From NCBI GenBank assembly GCA_963769425.1, contig CAVYLP010000003.1:160001-224000 (forward strand): a DNA stretch of 64,000 nt, in the 5' to 3' direction. Positions 20,337-29,364 of this stretch are shown one piece after another. The stretch comes from Candidatus Bathyarchaeota archaeon. Lineage in GTDB: Archaea > Thermoproteota > Bathyarchaeia > TCS64. The translations under genes were made by a program, and so were the position numbers. Numbering within the stretch: the first letter of the stretch is position 1; the number at the start of each line of letters is the position of its first letter. Under the pieces are notes generated by a model. That model saw only the letters and a list, made by a program, of their open reading frames with translations. It did no database searches and was not told the origin of the DNA.

Positions 20337-20565
20337 ATCAAGAGCTATTTACAACCTCGAATAGTCGGGCACCTTGTTTTCGTCTCGGGGGTCGAAGAGA
20401 CCCCGAAAAAATAGATTAATCCTGTGTGGCATTTTTTGGGTCTTGTAAAGAATATGGAAGAGCTCTACTGATAAGTTAGAAGATTTGGATAAGATCTGTG
20501 ATGTTGAGTTGCGATGTATAGCTGTCATCTTCTCTTTTACGCGTGTATCTCCTGGAGTAACATAG
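20337..20565 (+). pseudogene. Possible decayed RidA (YjgF) family remnant
   Basis: Interrupted fragments RIVGHLVFVSG and LEDLDK...VELRCIAV resemble RidA N- and C-terminal motifs. Confidence 0.3.
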
Positions 20566-20789
20566 CATTCATTTCCATCCCTTCTGATTTCAATTCTTTG
20601 AAAACTAGCTTCGACCTATTATATTAAATTGAGCATGAATTGTTTAAGATAATTAGAAATAAGATTAATACTGAATCAATTAGCATCCTGTTGTTTATTA
20701 CGAATATTTTTTAGGAATCTTTTAAATTAAAACGAGGAGTTACCTGAGCTTATTTAAAGGTAATTTAATTCAAACTAAAATATGAGAAG

Positions 20790-20906
20790 TGGTCCCGCCT
20801 CCGGGATTTGAACCTGGAACCACTCGGTGTCTGCTCAAGGCCTGATTGCCTTCGCCCCGCGGGGCGGAAGCTACAGCCGAATGCTCTACCATTGAGCTAA
20901 GGCGGG
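20790..20906 (-). tRNA. tRNA-Tyr(GTA) with 42-nt intron at 37/38 (20829-20870) and encoded CCA
   Basis: Acceptor stem CCCGCCT/AGGCGGG (C1-G72, A73), D-arm TAGCTCAATGGTAGAGC, anticodon loop CTGTAG|A, bulge-helix-bulge (CTGT pairs with GCAG), T-loop TTCAAAT. Confidence 0.95.
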
Positions 20907-20948
20907 CTCCGCCAAAAGGAGTCTGCACGGAAAATATAAGCCCTATGG

Positions 20949-22052
20949 TCAGCTGGCACTGCCCACCCGAGGGCGGAGGGCCTCCCTGATGCTCCTTCGA
21001 TATGACGGCCTAAGTACGCCAACGTCCGTGATGAACCCGGTGATGTACTTAGCTGGGGTCACGTCGAAACTGGGGTTTTTGGCCACCGTACCCTCAGCAG
21101 AAATACGGACCTTTGTGTAATTGCCATTCTCATCCGCACCCCAGACATAGTTGACCTCGTCGGGGTTTCTCTCCTCGATCTCGATGCCGTCCCCGTTGGA
21201 GCACTTGAGGTCGAAAGTCATCCTAGGGGCTGCCACGTAGAATGGAATACCATTTTCTTTGGCTAGTACCGCTTTCTCGTAGGTGCCGATCTTGTTGGCC
21301 GTGTCTCCGTTCGCCGCGATTCTGTCCGCGCCCACAATTACGAAGTCGATCTCACCTCGGTGCATATAGTGACCCGCGGCGTTGTCCACGATGAGGGCGT
21401 ATGGTATACCCTCTTGCTGAAGCTCCCATGCGGTGAGTTTCGCGCCTTGGCTGCGTGGGCGGGTCTCGTCTGTGTAGACGAAGATGTGTTTTCCGGACCT
21501 GTGAGCGACTCGTATTGGGGCGAGGGCGGAGCCGTTGTCAATGAAGGCGAGTGCCCCCGCGTTGCAGTGGGTGAGTATTTTAAAGCCTTCCTTGATGAGG
21601 GCGTTACCGTACTCTCCCATCTTCTTCGAGGCTTCGAGGTCCTCCAGCGCGAGCTTGTCCGCCTCGGAACACGTAGCGGAGACCCGCTCAGCTATGGTCC
21701 CCTTCGATGCGGCTTTCTCGCATCTATCGATTGCGTGGAAGAGGTTTACAGCCGTGGGGCGTGTTGACCTGAGAAAGTCAGCGGCCTCGGAGACGTAAGC
21801 ATTGAATTCCTTTAGGTTTTTCCCCTGCGCCTCGATGGCTGCCTGGGCCACACCGTACCCCCCGGCGACGCCTATGGCACCCGCGCCTCTGACCGCCATG
21901 TCGCGGATCGCCTCCGCCGTCTCCAAGTGGTTGCGCAGCGTCAGTATCTCAAACCTATGCGGGAGGAGTCGCTGATCGATCATCTTCACCTCGGATCCCT
22001 CCCTCCAAAGTGTCCACAGCTCCCGCGTCTCACCGTTGAACTTTACCCTCAT
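20949..22052 (-). CDS. mtnA: S-methyl-5-thioribose-1-phosphate isomerase
   Basis: MAVRGAGAIG, TRPTAVNL, THCNAGALA, DETRPRSQGAKLTAWEL, GADRIAANGDTANKIGTY. Confidence 0.93.
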   Translation of the reverse strand: MRVKFNGETRELWTLWREGSEVKMIDQRLLPHRFEILTLRNHLETAEAIRDMAVRGAGAIGVAGGYGVAQAAIEAQGKNLKEFNAYVSEAADFLRSTRPTAVNLFHAIDRCEKAASKGTIAERVSATCSEADKLALEDLEASKKMGEYGNALIKEGFKILTHCNAGALAFIDNGSALAPIRVAHRSGKHIFVYTDETRPRSQGAKLTAWELQQEGIPYALIVDNAAGHYMHRGEIDFVIVGADRIAANGDTANKIGTYEKAVLAKENGIPFYVAAPRMTFDLKCSNGDGIEIEERNPDEVNYVWGADENGNYTKVRISAEGTVAKNPSFDVTPAKYITGFITDVGVLRPSYRRSIREALRPRVGSAS

Positions 22053-22696
22053 TACTTAATCACTTCACCGCTCTTCTTCGCCCAGAGGTAGAGATCCATC
22101 TGACCAAGGGGCATGTCGAGCCTCTCAGCCACGCCTGTTAGTATCTTCTCATACTCCAGGTACTTCTTCCTCGTCACAGTTTTGGGGCGCTCATCGATAA
22201 TGCCCTGTTCTAGCATGTGTGTGAGGATGTGCTTGTCTATTATGGCGAGGTCGAGATAGCCGACGTTTCGGAGGAAGTGACTCGCCTCCTTCATGCCGAG
22301 ACCTGTTATATTTTCTACCAACCATTCCCTAGCGGTGCGGCTGCTCGGCTGAGAGGTGATGATCATCTTAAGGTCCTTCTTGTGAGCGCGCGCCTTCAGG
22401 ATGAACTCGGCACGTTTATTTGGGAACCTATGTCTGTGCTCAAGACAAGTCCTCAGCTCATCCAGTCCACCCTCATTGATAGCTCCGCAGTCGTTGAGGG
22501 CGGCGATACAGGCGACAGCTCCCCTAGCGCTGTAGTTGGCTGTAAGCAGGCAGAAGACGAGCTCCTCGAACCACCTCTCCTCCCCCTCGCCTTGTGCCAC
22601 CTTGAACTCCTTGATCCTCGCCTCCACTTTTCTGCGTGTCTCGGGTTTCTCCACCTCCGCCCTCACAACGGCTGCGAGACGCTCAAGGCTCTCCAT
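22052..22696 (-). CDS. ogg: 8-oxoguanine DNA glycosylase/AP lyase (OGG2 type)
   Basis: ELVFCLLTAN, HRFPNKRA, GLGMKEASHFLRNVG, AIIDKHIL, C-terminal Lys. Confidence 0.92.
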   Translation of the reverse strand: MESLERLAAVVRAEVEKPETRRKVEARIKEFKVAQGEGEERWFEELVFCLLTANYSARGAVACIAALNDCGAINEGGLDELRTCLEHRHRFPNKRAEFILKARAHKKDLKMIITSQPSSRTAREWLVENITGLGMKEASHFLRNVGYLDLAIIDKHILTHMLEQGIIDERPKTVTRKKYLEYEKILTGVAERLDMPLGQMDLYLWAKKSGEVIK

Positions 22697-22836
22697 GACG
22701 GGTTGCACGATCCTTAACCTCGACTGGGCTCTTCTTAAAGGCATACAAGGTCATATTGCCTTCCTGGTGTAAACCGCTGCGATGGATACGGTTATACTCG
22801 CAGGCACTCGGCTATTCTTCTGCAGGTGCCGCTGGC

Positions 22837-23373
22837 TTGTCTGTGGATGTGAACCTCCTCGAATACGAGAACACTCCAATCAAGCTGGTGGCTCTCAGGA
22901 AGACCCCGAAGATAGAGACCCCCGGACTCATCATTGAGGAGGTGGACGAGCGCAAGGAGTTCTCCGTCCCATTCTGGGTCGCCAGCGTCCTGGTCGAGGC
23001 CGGACTCGCCAAGTACGGTGAGGAGGGACTAACAACCGAGGAGTGGACCTCGACCCACTTCAAGGAACGCTATAACCCAGGTGGGCCACCCGGGGCCCTG
23101 ACCAAGGACTTCTACGCCAAGGCATACATCAGCCTCACCCTCGCGGCTAAGGCGGTAGGAAGTGACCCCACGAAAGCGGAGCAGATCAACAGGCTCCACG
23201 CACGCTTCAGGGAGATCATCGATAGTAGGGTGGGTAAGGTCACACGCATCGCCACGACCGAGACCGCCCTCCAGCCCGGCATCCTCCAACCCGAGGAGCA
23301 GGCACTTTACCAGGAGCTTGAGCATCTGGTATCCGAGTGGCGCAGGGACATAAGGAGGCTGAGCACCAGGTAA
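22837..23373 (+). CDS. DNA replication complex GINS (Gins23-like) subunit
   Basis: VPFWVASVL B-domain motif followed by helical domain (DFY...RVGKV...PEEQALY); TAATG coupling to mcm; start uncertain. Confidence 0.8.
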   Translation: MSVDVNLLEYENTPIKLVALRKTPKIETPGLIIEEVDERKEFSVPFWVASVLVEAGLAKYGEEGLTTEEWTSTHFKERYNPGGPPGALTKDFYAKAYISLTLAAKAVGSDPTKAEQINRLHARFREIIDSRVGKVTRIATTETALQPGILQPEEQALYQELEHLVSEWRRDIRRLSTR

Positions 23374-25418
23374 TGGCCAAGCAGGTTAGCCACGAGGAGG
23401 TCTTCACCCGATTCGTCGAGGACTTCCGCAACGACGAGGGCGCCCTCAAGTACGAGCAGGCAATACAAGAGATGCCCATAAAGGGCGTCAGGTCCCTCCT
23501 TGTCGACTTTAACGACCTCTACAACTACGACATGGAACTCGCCACCGACGCGCTGAAGGATCCCGAAAGGATACTCGAGCTTTTCAGCCGCGTCGTCTAC
23601 GACAAGCTCAGGCAGCGCGACCTCGTCTACGCCGAGGCACAGAAGAAGATACACGTCCGCATCCGCGCCCTTCCCTCCGTCACACAGCTCAGGAAGATAG
23701 GCTCCGAGCACATCGGGCGCCTCGTCATGGTCCAGGGCATAATAGTACGCGCCTCCGCCACGACTCCCCAGGTCATGAAGGCCGTCTTCCGCTGCAGCAA
23801 CTGCAACGAACTCAACTACGTCGAGCAGGACGGGGAGACCATCAAAACCCCCATCAAGTGCGAGCACTGCGATAGCAAGGTCAGGTTCGACCTCGTCCCT
23901 AAGCTCTCAGTCTTCATGGACTCTCAGAGGGTCACTATCCAAGAGAGGCCTGAGGACCTGCCCCCGGGGCAGCTCCCCCGTAGCCTACACGTCGACCTAA
24001 AGGATGATGTAGTCGATCAAGCTCGCCCTGGTGATAGGATCACAATCGTTGGCAGCGTCGACCTACTCCAGCGCTTCGGGCGCGGCGGACAACTGCGCAT
24101 CTTTGACATGGTGATGGAGGCAAGCCACATAGAGGTTAGTGGCCGCGATTCGGAGATGACCGCCATCTCCCCCGAGGACGAGGAGAAGATTAAGGAAATA
24201 GCCCAGGACCCGTGGGTCCACCGCCACCTCCTACAGAGCATCGCCCCCAGCATCTACGGCCACGAGAACATCAAGGAGTCAATCCTCTACCTACTCTTCG
24301 GGGGCGTAAACAAGGAACTCCCCGACGTCCGCATAAGGGGGGACATAAACGTCCTGCTTGTCGGTGACCCGGGTACGGGTAAGAGCCAACTCCTACAGTT
24401 CGCGGCGAAGATAGCGCCGAGGGGGCTTTTGACGACTGGCAGGGGGAGCACCGCCGCGGGTCTCACAGCCGCCGTCGTCAAGGAGGGGGGGACCGGCAAC
24501 TTCGTACTAGAGGCGGGAGCCCTCGTACTTAGTGACCAGGGCGTATGCTGCATCGACGAGATCGACAAGATGAGGGAGGAGGACAGGGGTGCTATACACC
24601 CCGCGATGGAGCAGCAGATCGTGCCGATCGCGAAGGGCGGAATAGTCGCTACCCTCAACGCTCGCGCGAGCATCCTTGCCGCGGCGAACCCGACGTTGGG
24701 CCGATACAACCCCTACCAGACCATTGGGCAGAACATCAACCTCCCAGTAACTATCCTCAGCAGGTTCGACGTCATCTTCGTCCTCAAGGACGTCCCCGAC
24801 GCCGAGAGGGACGCGACGATGGCTGAGCACATACTCGGCCTCCACAGGTCAGCGGGCTCAACCATCACATCCCCCATCGACCCTGAGCTCTTCAGGAAGT
24901 ACATCAGCTACGCTAAGACACGCGTCCGCCCTCTCCTCAGCGAGGAGGTCGTAACCCGATTCAGGGACTTCTACGTCAAGATGAGGACCGCCAGCGTCGA
25001 AGGTGGTGAGGCGTCCGCTGTCGCCATCACGGCGCGTCAGTTGGAGAGTCTGGTTAGGCTCGCCGAGGCACGTGCCAAGGCACACCTCAGAAGCGAGGTC
25101 ACGAAGGAGGACGCCGAGGCAGTCATCACTCTCATGCAGACCAGCCTAGAGCAGGTGGGTATCGACGTCTCCACGGGTCAGATAGACATCGACATCCTCT
25201 ACACGGGCAAGCCTAGAAGCCTCCAGACGCAGCTACAGAAGGTGCTCGGCAAGATAGCGGAGCTGGAGAGGACCGGCCCAGTTAAGGACGATGATCTCTA
25301 CGAGGCGCTCGCCGAGGAGGGCGTGAACAGGAGCGAGGCGGCGAAGCTCATCAGCACGCTGATGAGGGATGGTACGATCTTCTCGCCGCGCCCGGGTACC
25401 TACCGGCGCGCCTCCTAG
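23373..25418 (+). CDS. mcm: MCM replicative helicase
   Basis: C4 Zn finger, GDPGTGKSQ, IDEIDKM, MEQQ, SRFD, TARQLESLVRL, C-terminal wHTH; no intein. Confidence 0.97.
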   Translation: MAKQVSHEEVFTRFVEDFRNDEGALKYEQAIQEMPIKGVRSLLVDFNDLYNYDMELATDALKDPERILELFSRVVYDKLRQRDLVYAEAQKKIHVRIRALPSVTQLRKIGSEHIGRLVMVQGIIVRASATTPQVMKAVFRCSNCNELNYVEQDGETIKTPIKCEHCDSKVRFDLVPKLSVFMDSQRVTIQERPEDLPPGQLPRSLHVDLKDDVVDQARPGDRITIVGSVDLLQRFGRGGQLRIFDMVMEASHIEVSGRDSEMTAISPEDEEKIKEIAQDPWVHRHLLQSIAPSIYGHENIKESILYLLFGGVNKELPDVRIRGDINVLLVGDPGTGKSQLLQFAAKIAPRGLLTTGRGSTAAGLTAAVVKEGGTGNFVLEAGALVLSDQGVCCIDEIDKMREEDRGAIHPAMEQQIVPIAKGGIVATLNARASILAAANPTLGRYNPYQTIGQNINLPVTILSRFDVIFVLKDVPDAERDATMAEHILGLHRSAGSTITSPIDPELFRKYISYAKTRVRPLLSEEVVTRFRDFYVKMRTASVEGGEASAVAITARQLESLVRLAEARAKAHLRSEVTKEDAEAVITLMQTSLEQVGIDVSTGQIDIDILYTGKPRSLQTQLQKVLGKIAELERTGPVKDDDLYEALAEEGVNRSEAAKLISTLMRDGTIFSPRPGTYRRAS

Positions 25419-25488
25419 TCGTTGGGAAATCCTTAAACGGGTACCGCCTCAGCCTATTGTTAACGCGGGCGCTATTGGAGGAACTGAT

Positions 25489-26559
25489 ACGGTCATCAAG
25501 GTAGCCATTGCCGGCGTTGGCAACTGCGCCTCCGCCCTTGTTCAGGGCGTCGAGTTCTACAAGAACGTCGAGAAGGATGAGGACATCCCCGGCGTCATGC
25601 ATGCACGCTTCGGGGACTACCACATACGGGACGTAAAGTTCGTCGCCGCATTCGAGGTAAACAAGGAGAAGATTGGTAAGGACATCGCAGACGCCATCTG
25701 GGCTGACCCCAACTGCTGCGCCAAGTTCAGCGACGTCCCAAAGACAGGCGCCAAGGTCTACGCCGGCCCAATTAACGACAGCGTCGCCCCACACATGTAC
25801 GACGCCTTCCACGCTGACAAGAGCATAGAGACCGTCAACGTAGCACAGATACTCAAGGAGAGCGACGCCGACATGTTAGTTAACTACCTCCCTGTCGGCA
25901 GCGCTAAGGGGACACAGGTCTACGCACAGGCGGCGCTAGACGCTGGCTGCGCCTTCGTCAACTGCATCCCAGAGTTCATCTGCAGCGTCCCCGCGTGGGC
26001 GAAGAAGTTCGAGAAGGCAGGGCTCCCGGTCGCTGGAGACGACATAAAGAGCCAAGTCGGCGCAACTATCGTCCACCGCGTACTCGCGAGGCTCTTCTAT
26101 GATCGCGGTGTGAAGATCGACTCAACCTATCAACTCAACATAGGGGGCAACACTGATTTCCTCAACATGACCGTCGAGAACAGGCTCAAGACGAAGCGCA
26201 TAAGCAAGACGCAGGCCGTCCAGAGCCTCATCCCATACGATGTCCCAACGAGGATAGGCCCAAGCGACTACGTCCCCTTCCTTGAGGACCACAAGGTCTG
26301 CTACATCAGGATCAACGGCAAGGCCTTCGGCGATCTACCCCTCGTGATGGACGCGAAGCTCTTAGTCAACGACAGCCCCAACAGCGGAGGAGTAGTAATC
26401 GATGTGGTCCGGGCCGTGAAGATCGCCCTAGACCGGGGCATAAGCGGCCCTCTCCTCGGGATAAGCAGCTATAGCTTCAAGCATCCACCCCAGCAGGTCC
26501 CCGATGACCAAGCCCACCAGTGGGTCGAGGACTACATCGCAGGTAAAAGAGATCGTTAA
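25489..26559 (+). CDS. ino1: myo-inositol-1-phosphate synthase
   Basis: KVAIAGVGNCASALVQG, NYLPVGS, GDDIKSQVGAT, GGNTDFLNM, DSPNSGG; start placed at ACG after GGAGG (see findings). Confidence 0.92.
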   Translation, partial: TVIKVAIAGVGNCASALVQGVEFYKNVEKDEDIPGVMHARFGDYHIRDVKFVAAFEVNKEKIGKDIADAIWADPNCCAKFSDVPKTGAKVYAGPINDSVAPHMYDAFHADKSIETVNVAQILKESDADMLVNYLPVGSAKGTQVYAQAALDAGCAFVNCIPEFICSVPAWAKKFEKAGLPVAGDDIKSQVGATIVHRVLARLFYDRGVKIDSTYQLNIGGNTDFLNMTVENRLKTKRISKTQAVQSLIPYDVPTRIGPSDYVPFLEDHKVCYIRINGKAFGDLPLVMDAKLLVNDSPNSGGVVIDVVRAVKIALDRGISGPLLGISSYSFKHPPQQVPDDQAHQWVEDYIAGKRDR

Positions 26560-27059
26560 GATTCTGGGAACCAGAGGGTGAGTTCTAACCTCGCCTCCTC
26601 AAGATTACCCGAGGCGTGTATGAGATTCTCACACGCCCTATTTTCAGCGGTGCTCCTCGCGATGGAGTCGACGCCGAAGTCGCCCCTGATCGTCCCCTTC
26701 TCCGCCGTGGCTGGGTCTGTGTACCCCGTGACCTTCCTCACGTTCTGAATGGCCTCCTCGCCACCGAACCTTATAGCGATGACGGGGTTTCGGGTAAAGT
26801 ACTTCCTCAGCCGTTCAAGCACATTCATTCCGTGGGCTTTCACGTCGGTTATGCCGGGGGAGGCGAGCTGCGCCTTCTTCCCAAGCCCCTCCGCCATAGA
26901 GTCCGGATAATGCTTCCTCAGAATGGCCTCATTCACCTTACGATAGTAGCGAATATCAACAATTCTCAATCCAGCCACCTCGAATCTGCTGATTATTAAT
27001 CCCACGAGATTCCTCTCGAGTGCATCCGGCTTCAGAATGACGAGGGTCTCCTGATACAT
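26556..27059 (-). CDS. ndk: Nucleoside diphosphate kinase
   Basis: TLVILKPDA, GTIRGDFG, NLIHASG phospho-His motif. Confidence 0.93.
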   Translation of the reverse strand: MYQETLVILKPDALERNLVGLIISRFEVAGLRIVDIRYYRKVNEAILRKHYPDSMAEGLGKKAQLASPGITDVKAHGMNVLERLRKYFTRNPVIAIRFGGEEAIQNVRKVTGYTDPATAEKGTIRGDFGVDSIARSTAENRACENLIHASGNLEEARLELTLWFPES

Positions 27060-27161
27060 CCTTCTTCCCGAATATGGAAAAGTCGATGACCTATAACGCC
27101 TTCGCCCGCGGAAGCGATAAGCAATTTAACCACAACGTCTCAGACTCTCCCGGTAAACGAC

Positions 27162-27647
27162 TTGTCAGCGAAAGCACAGATTCTGAGGGAGCTAGCAGAG
27201 TACCACTTCAACTCACTCGAGGAGGCCCTTAAAGACCTCGACGAGAAGGAAGCAATGTACAAGCCAACAGATGAGTCAAACAACATCGAATGGATAGTGA
27301 ACCACCTCTGCAGGATCAGCAACACGGCAATCCCGCGCATCCTAAAGGGGGACCCAAACTACAAGCCCACCGGGTGGCCCGACGACTACAAGGACAGACA
27401 CTACAGTATCACTAAGTACATGGAGGACCTCGCCATGGGGAAGAGGGCAGCCCTCGACGGCATCGGTAAACTCACCGACGCACAGCTAGAGGAGGAGATC
27501 CCGCTTTGGGGTGGAACCAAGAAGAGAAAGATTGGTCTCTTCGCCTACATCGGCGAGATCATCCACCACAAAGGACAGATTCTCTACATCAGGGGGACCG
27601 TGAAGCGCTTCAAGGCGAAGGATCCCAACTTCCTCGCCGACTGCTAA
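27162..27647 (+). CDS. DinB/YfiT-like (thiol S-transferase superfamily) protein
   Basis: NNIEWIVNHL and EIIHHKGQILYIR motifs of the DinB four-helix bundle. Confidence 0.85.
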   Translation: MSAKAQILRELAEYHFNSLEEALKDLDEKEAMYKPTDESNNIEWIVNHLCRISNTAIPRILKGDPNYKPTGWPDDYKDRHYSITKYMEDLAMGKRAALDGIGKLTDAQLEEEIPLWGGTKKRKIGLFAYIGEIIHHKGQILYIRGTVKRFKAKDPNFLADC

Positions 27648-27726
27648 AGTGGCTCAAATAGGCTAAAAAATGCGTAGTATTATATACCAATTTCAACTGA
27701 TTTTAATGCGGAATTCTGGTGGTTAG

Positions 27727-28185
27727 ATGACAGTAAAGACGAAGATGATAAAGGACTTTGCACAGATCGGATTCGACAGGCTCGGCAGCGCAACGAAGAC
27801 CCTGAAGCCTGAGCAGCTCGACTGGAAGAGCTGCACCCAGGCCAACACGATCAGGTGGATACTAACCCACCTGAGCGAGGAGCTGAACGTCTCCCTCCCC
27901 AAGTTCCTCGGCGAGGAGCAGCCTAAGGATTGGCCGAAGGACTACGTCGGTAACCCGAAGTACAAGATGGAGAAGATCATGGCCGACATCGAGAAGGGGC
28001 ACAGGAAGCTCAACGCGGGCCTCAACAAGCTAACGAACGACAAACTCGATGAGGAGGTGGAGGCGTGGGCGGGTAAGAAGCCCCGCGAGTTCTACCTCAT
28101 GCTCATGGTGAGTGAGATAATCCACCACGAGGGGCAGATCGCGGCCATCCTCGGCGTCGAGAAGAGGATTAAGGGCACCAAGTAG
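27727..28185 (+). CDS. DinB/YfiT-like protein, paralog of the upstream gene
   Basis: NTIRWILTHL, WPKDY, EIIHHEGQIAAI. Confidence 0.85.
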   Translation: MTVKTKMIKDFAQIGFDRLGSATKTLKPEQLDWKSCTQANTIRWILTHLSEELNVSLPKFLGEEQPKDWPKDYVGNPKYKMEKIMADIEKGHRKLNAGLNKLTNDKLDEEVEAWAGKKPREFYLMLMVSEIIHHEGQIAAILGVEKRIKGTK

Positions 28186-28245
28186 CCGCCCACCCCCTTT
28201 TTATTTCACCTTTCTAGACACCCTATCTGTTAGGGGGCATCTTGT

Positions 28246-29364
28246 ACGAGGATCGGTATAACCTGTTACCCGGGCGTCGGAGGCAGCGGCATACTGGCCA
28301 CGAGGCTCGGCGTCGAGTTCGCCAAGAGGGGCCACGACGTCCACTTCATAACATACGAGCGTCCGTTCGCCGTCCAGGGTATAGATCAGGAGAACGTCCA
28401 CATACACCTCGTCAACGTCCTCGAATATCCCCTGTTTAAATATCCCCCGTACACTGTCGCCCTCGGCTCCGAGATGGCTAGGGTCTCCCAGCAGGAGAAG
28501 CTGGATGTGCTCAACGTCCACTACGCCATCCCGCACGCCACGGCGGCCTATCTCGCCCGTGAGATAACGGGGGTCCCCTACGTTGTGACTCTCCACGGCA
28601 GCGACGTCACAATACTCGGTAGCGACCCCAGCTACCAGATCGTCAACAATCATAGTGTCGAGAATGCGGACGCTGTGACCGCGGTTTCCAAGTTCATGCA
28701 GAGGGAGGCATACGAGAGGCTTGGGATCGAGCGCGAGGTTAAAGTGATACCCAACTTTGTCGACACCCAGGCATTCGCCCCCGCTCCCTACGGCGCATCC
28801 AAGGCCGACTACGACGAGTGTGGAGGTATCATTCACGTGAGCAACTTCCGCCCCGTGAAGAGAGTCCCCGACCTTGTCCACGCAATGGCCGTCGTGGCCG
28901 AGGCTGAGCCGAAGGCGAAGCTGACTCTAGTGGGAGACGGTCCGGACAGACCTGGCGTAGAGAAGCTGGTAGACAGCCTTGGGCTGCGCAGAAACGTGAC
29001 CTTGACGGGGTTCAGGAGCGACATCCCCAACCTCATGCGATGCAGCGATATCGGCGTATTGTGCAGCGAGACGGAGAGTGCCCCATTGACACTACTCGAA
29101 GGGATGAGCACGGGGCTCCCCATGGTGGCGACGGAGGTCGGTGGCGTGCTCGAAATCGTGGATGAGGGCAGTAACGGGTTACTCGTTCCCCCGAAGCAAC
29201 CAGAGGAGTTAGCCCAGGCGATACTCCGCCTCTACAGGGACCCGAAGCTGAGGAGCAGACTAGGAGAGAATGCCCGCAAGACCGTTCTTGAGAGGTACAC
29301 AGCGGAGAAGGTTGTCAACCAGTACATTGAGACCTTCGAGGCAGTCTCAGTGCCTAGAGGTTGA
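28246..29364 (+). CDS. bshA: N-acetyl-alpha-D-glucosaminyl L-malate synthase (GT4)
   Basis: Frame open from 28234: RIGITCYPGVGGSGILATRLG...FKYPPYTVAL...HYAIPHA...TLHGSDVT...HVSNFRPVKRV, the BshA signature set; start is ACG 28246 or TTG 28242 with a 1-nt insertion. Confidence 0.9.
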   Translation, partial: TRIGITCYPGVGGSGILATRLGVEFAKRGHDVHFITYERPFAVQGIDQENVHIHLVNVLEYPLFKYPPYTVALGSEMARVSQQEKLDVLNVHYAIPHATAAYLAREITGVPYVVTLHGSDVTILGSDPSYQIVNNHSVENADAVTAVSKFMQREAYERLGIEREVKVIPNFVDTQAFAPAPYGASKADYDECGGIIHVSNFRPVKRVPDLVHAMAVVAEAEPKAKLTLVGDGPDRPGVEKLVDSLGLRRNVTLTGFRSDIPNLMRCSDIGVLCSETESAPLTLLEGMSTGLPMVATEVGGVLEIVDEGSNGLLVPPKQPEELAQAILRLYRDPKLRSRLGENARKTVLERYTAEKVVNQYIETFEAVSVPRG

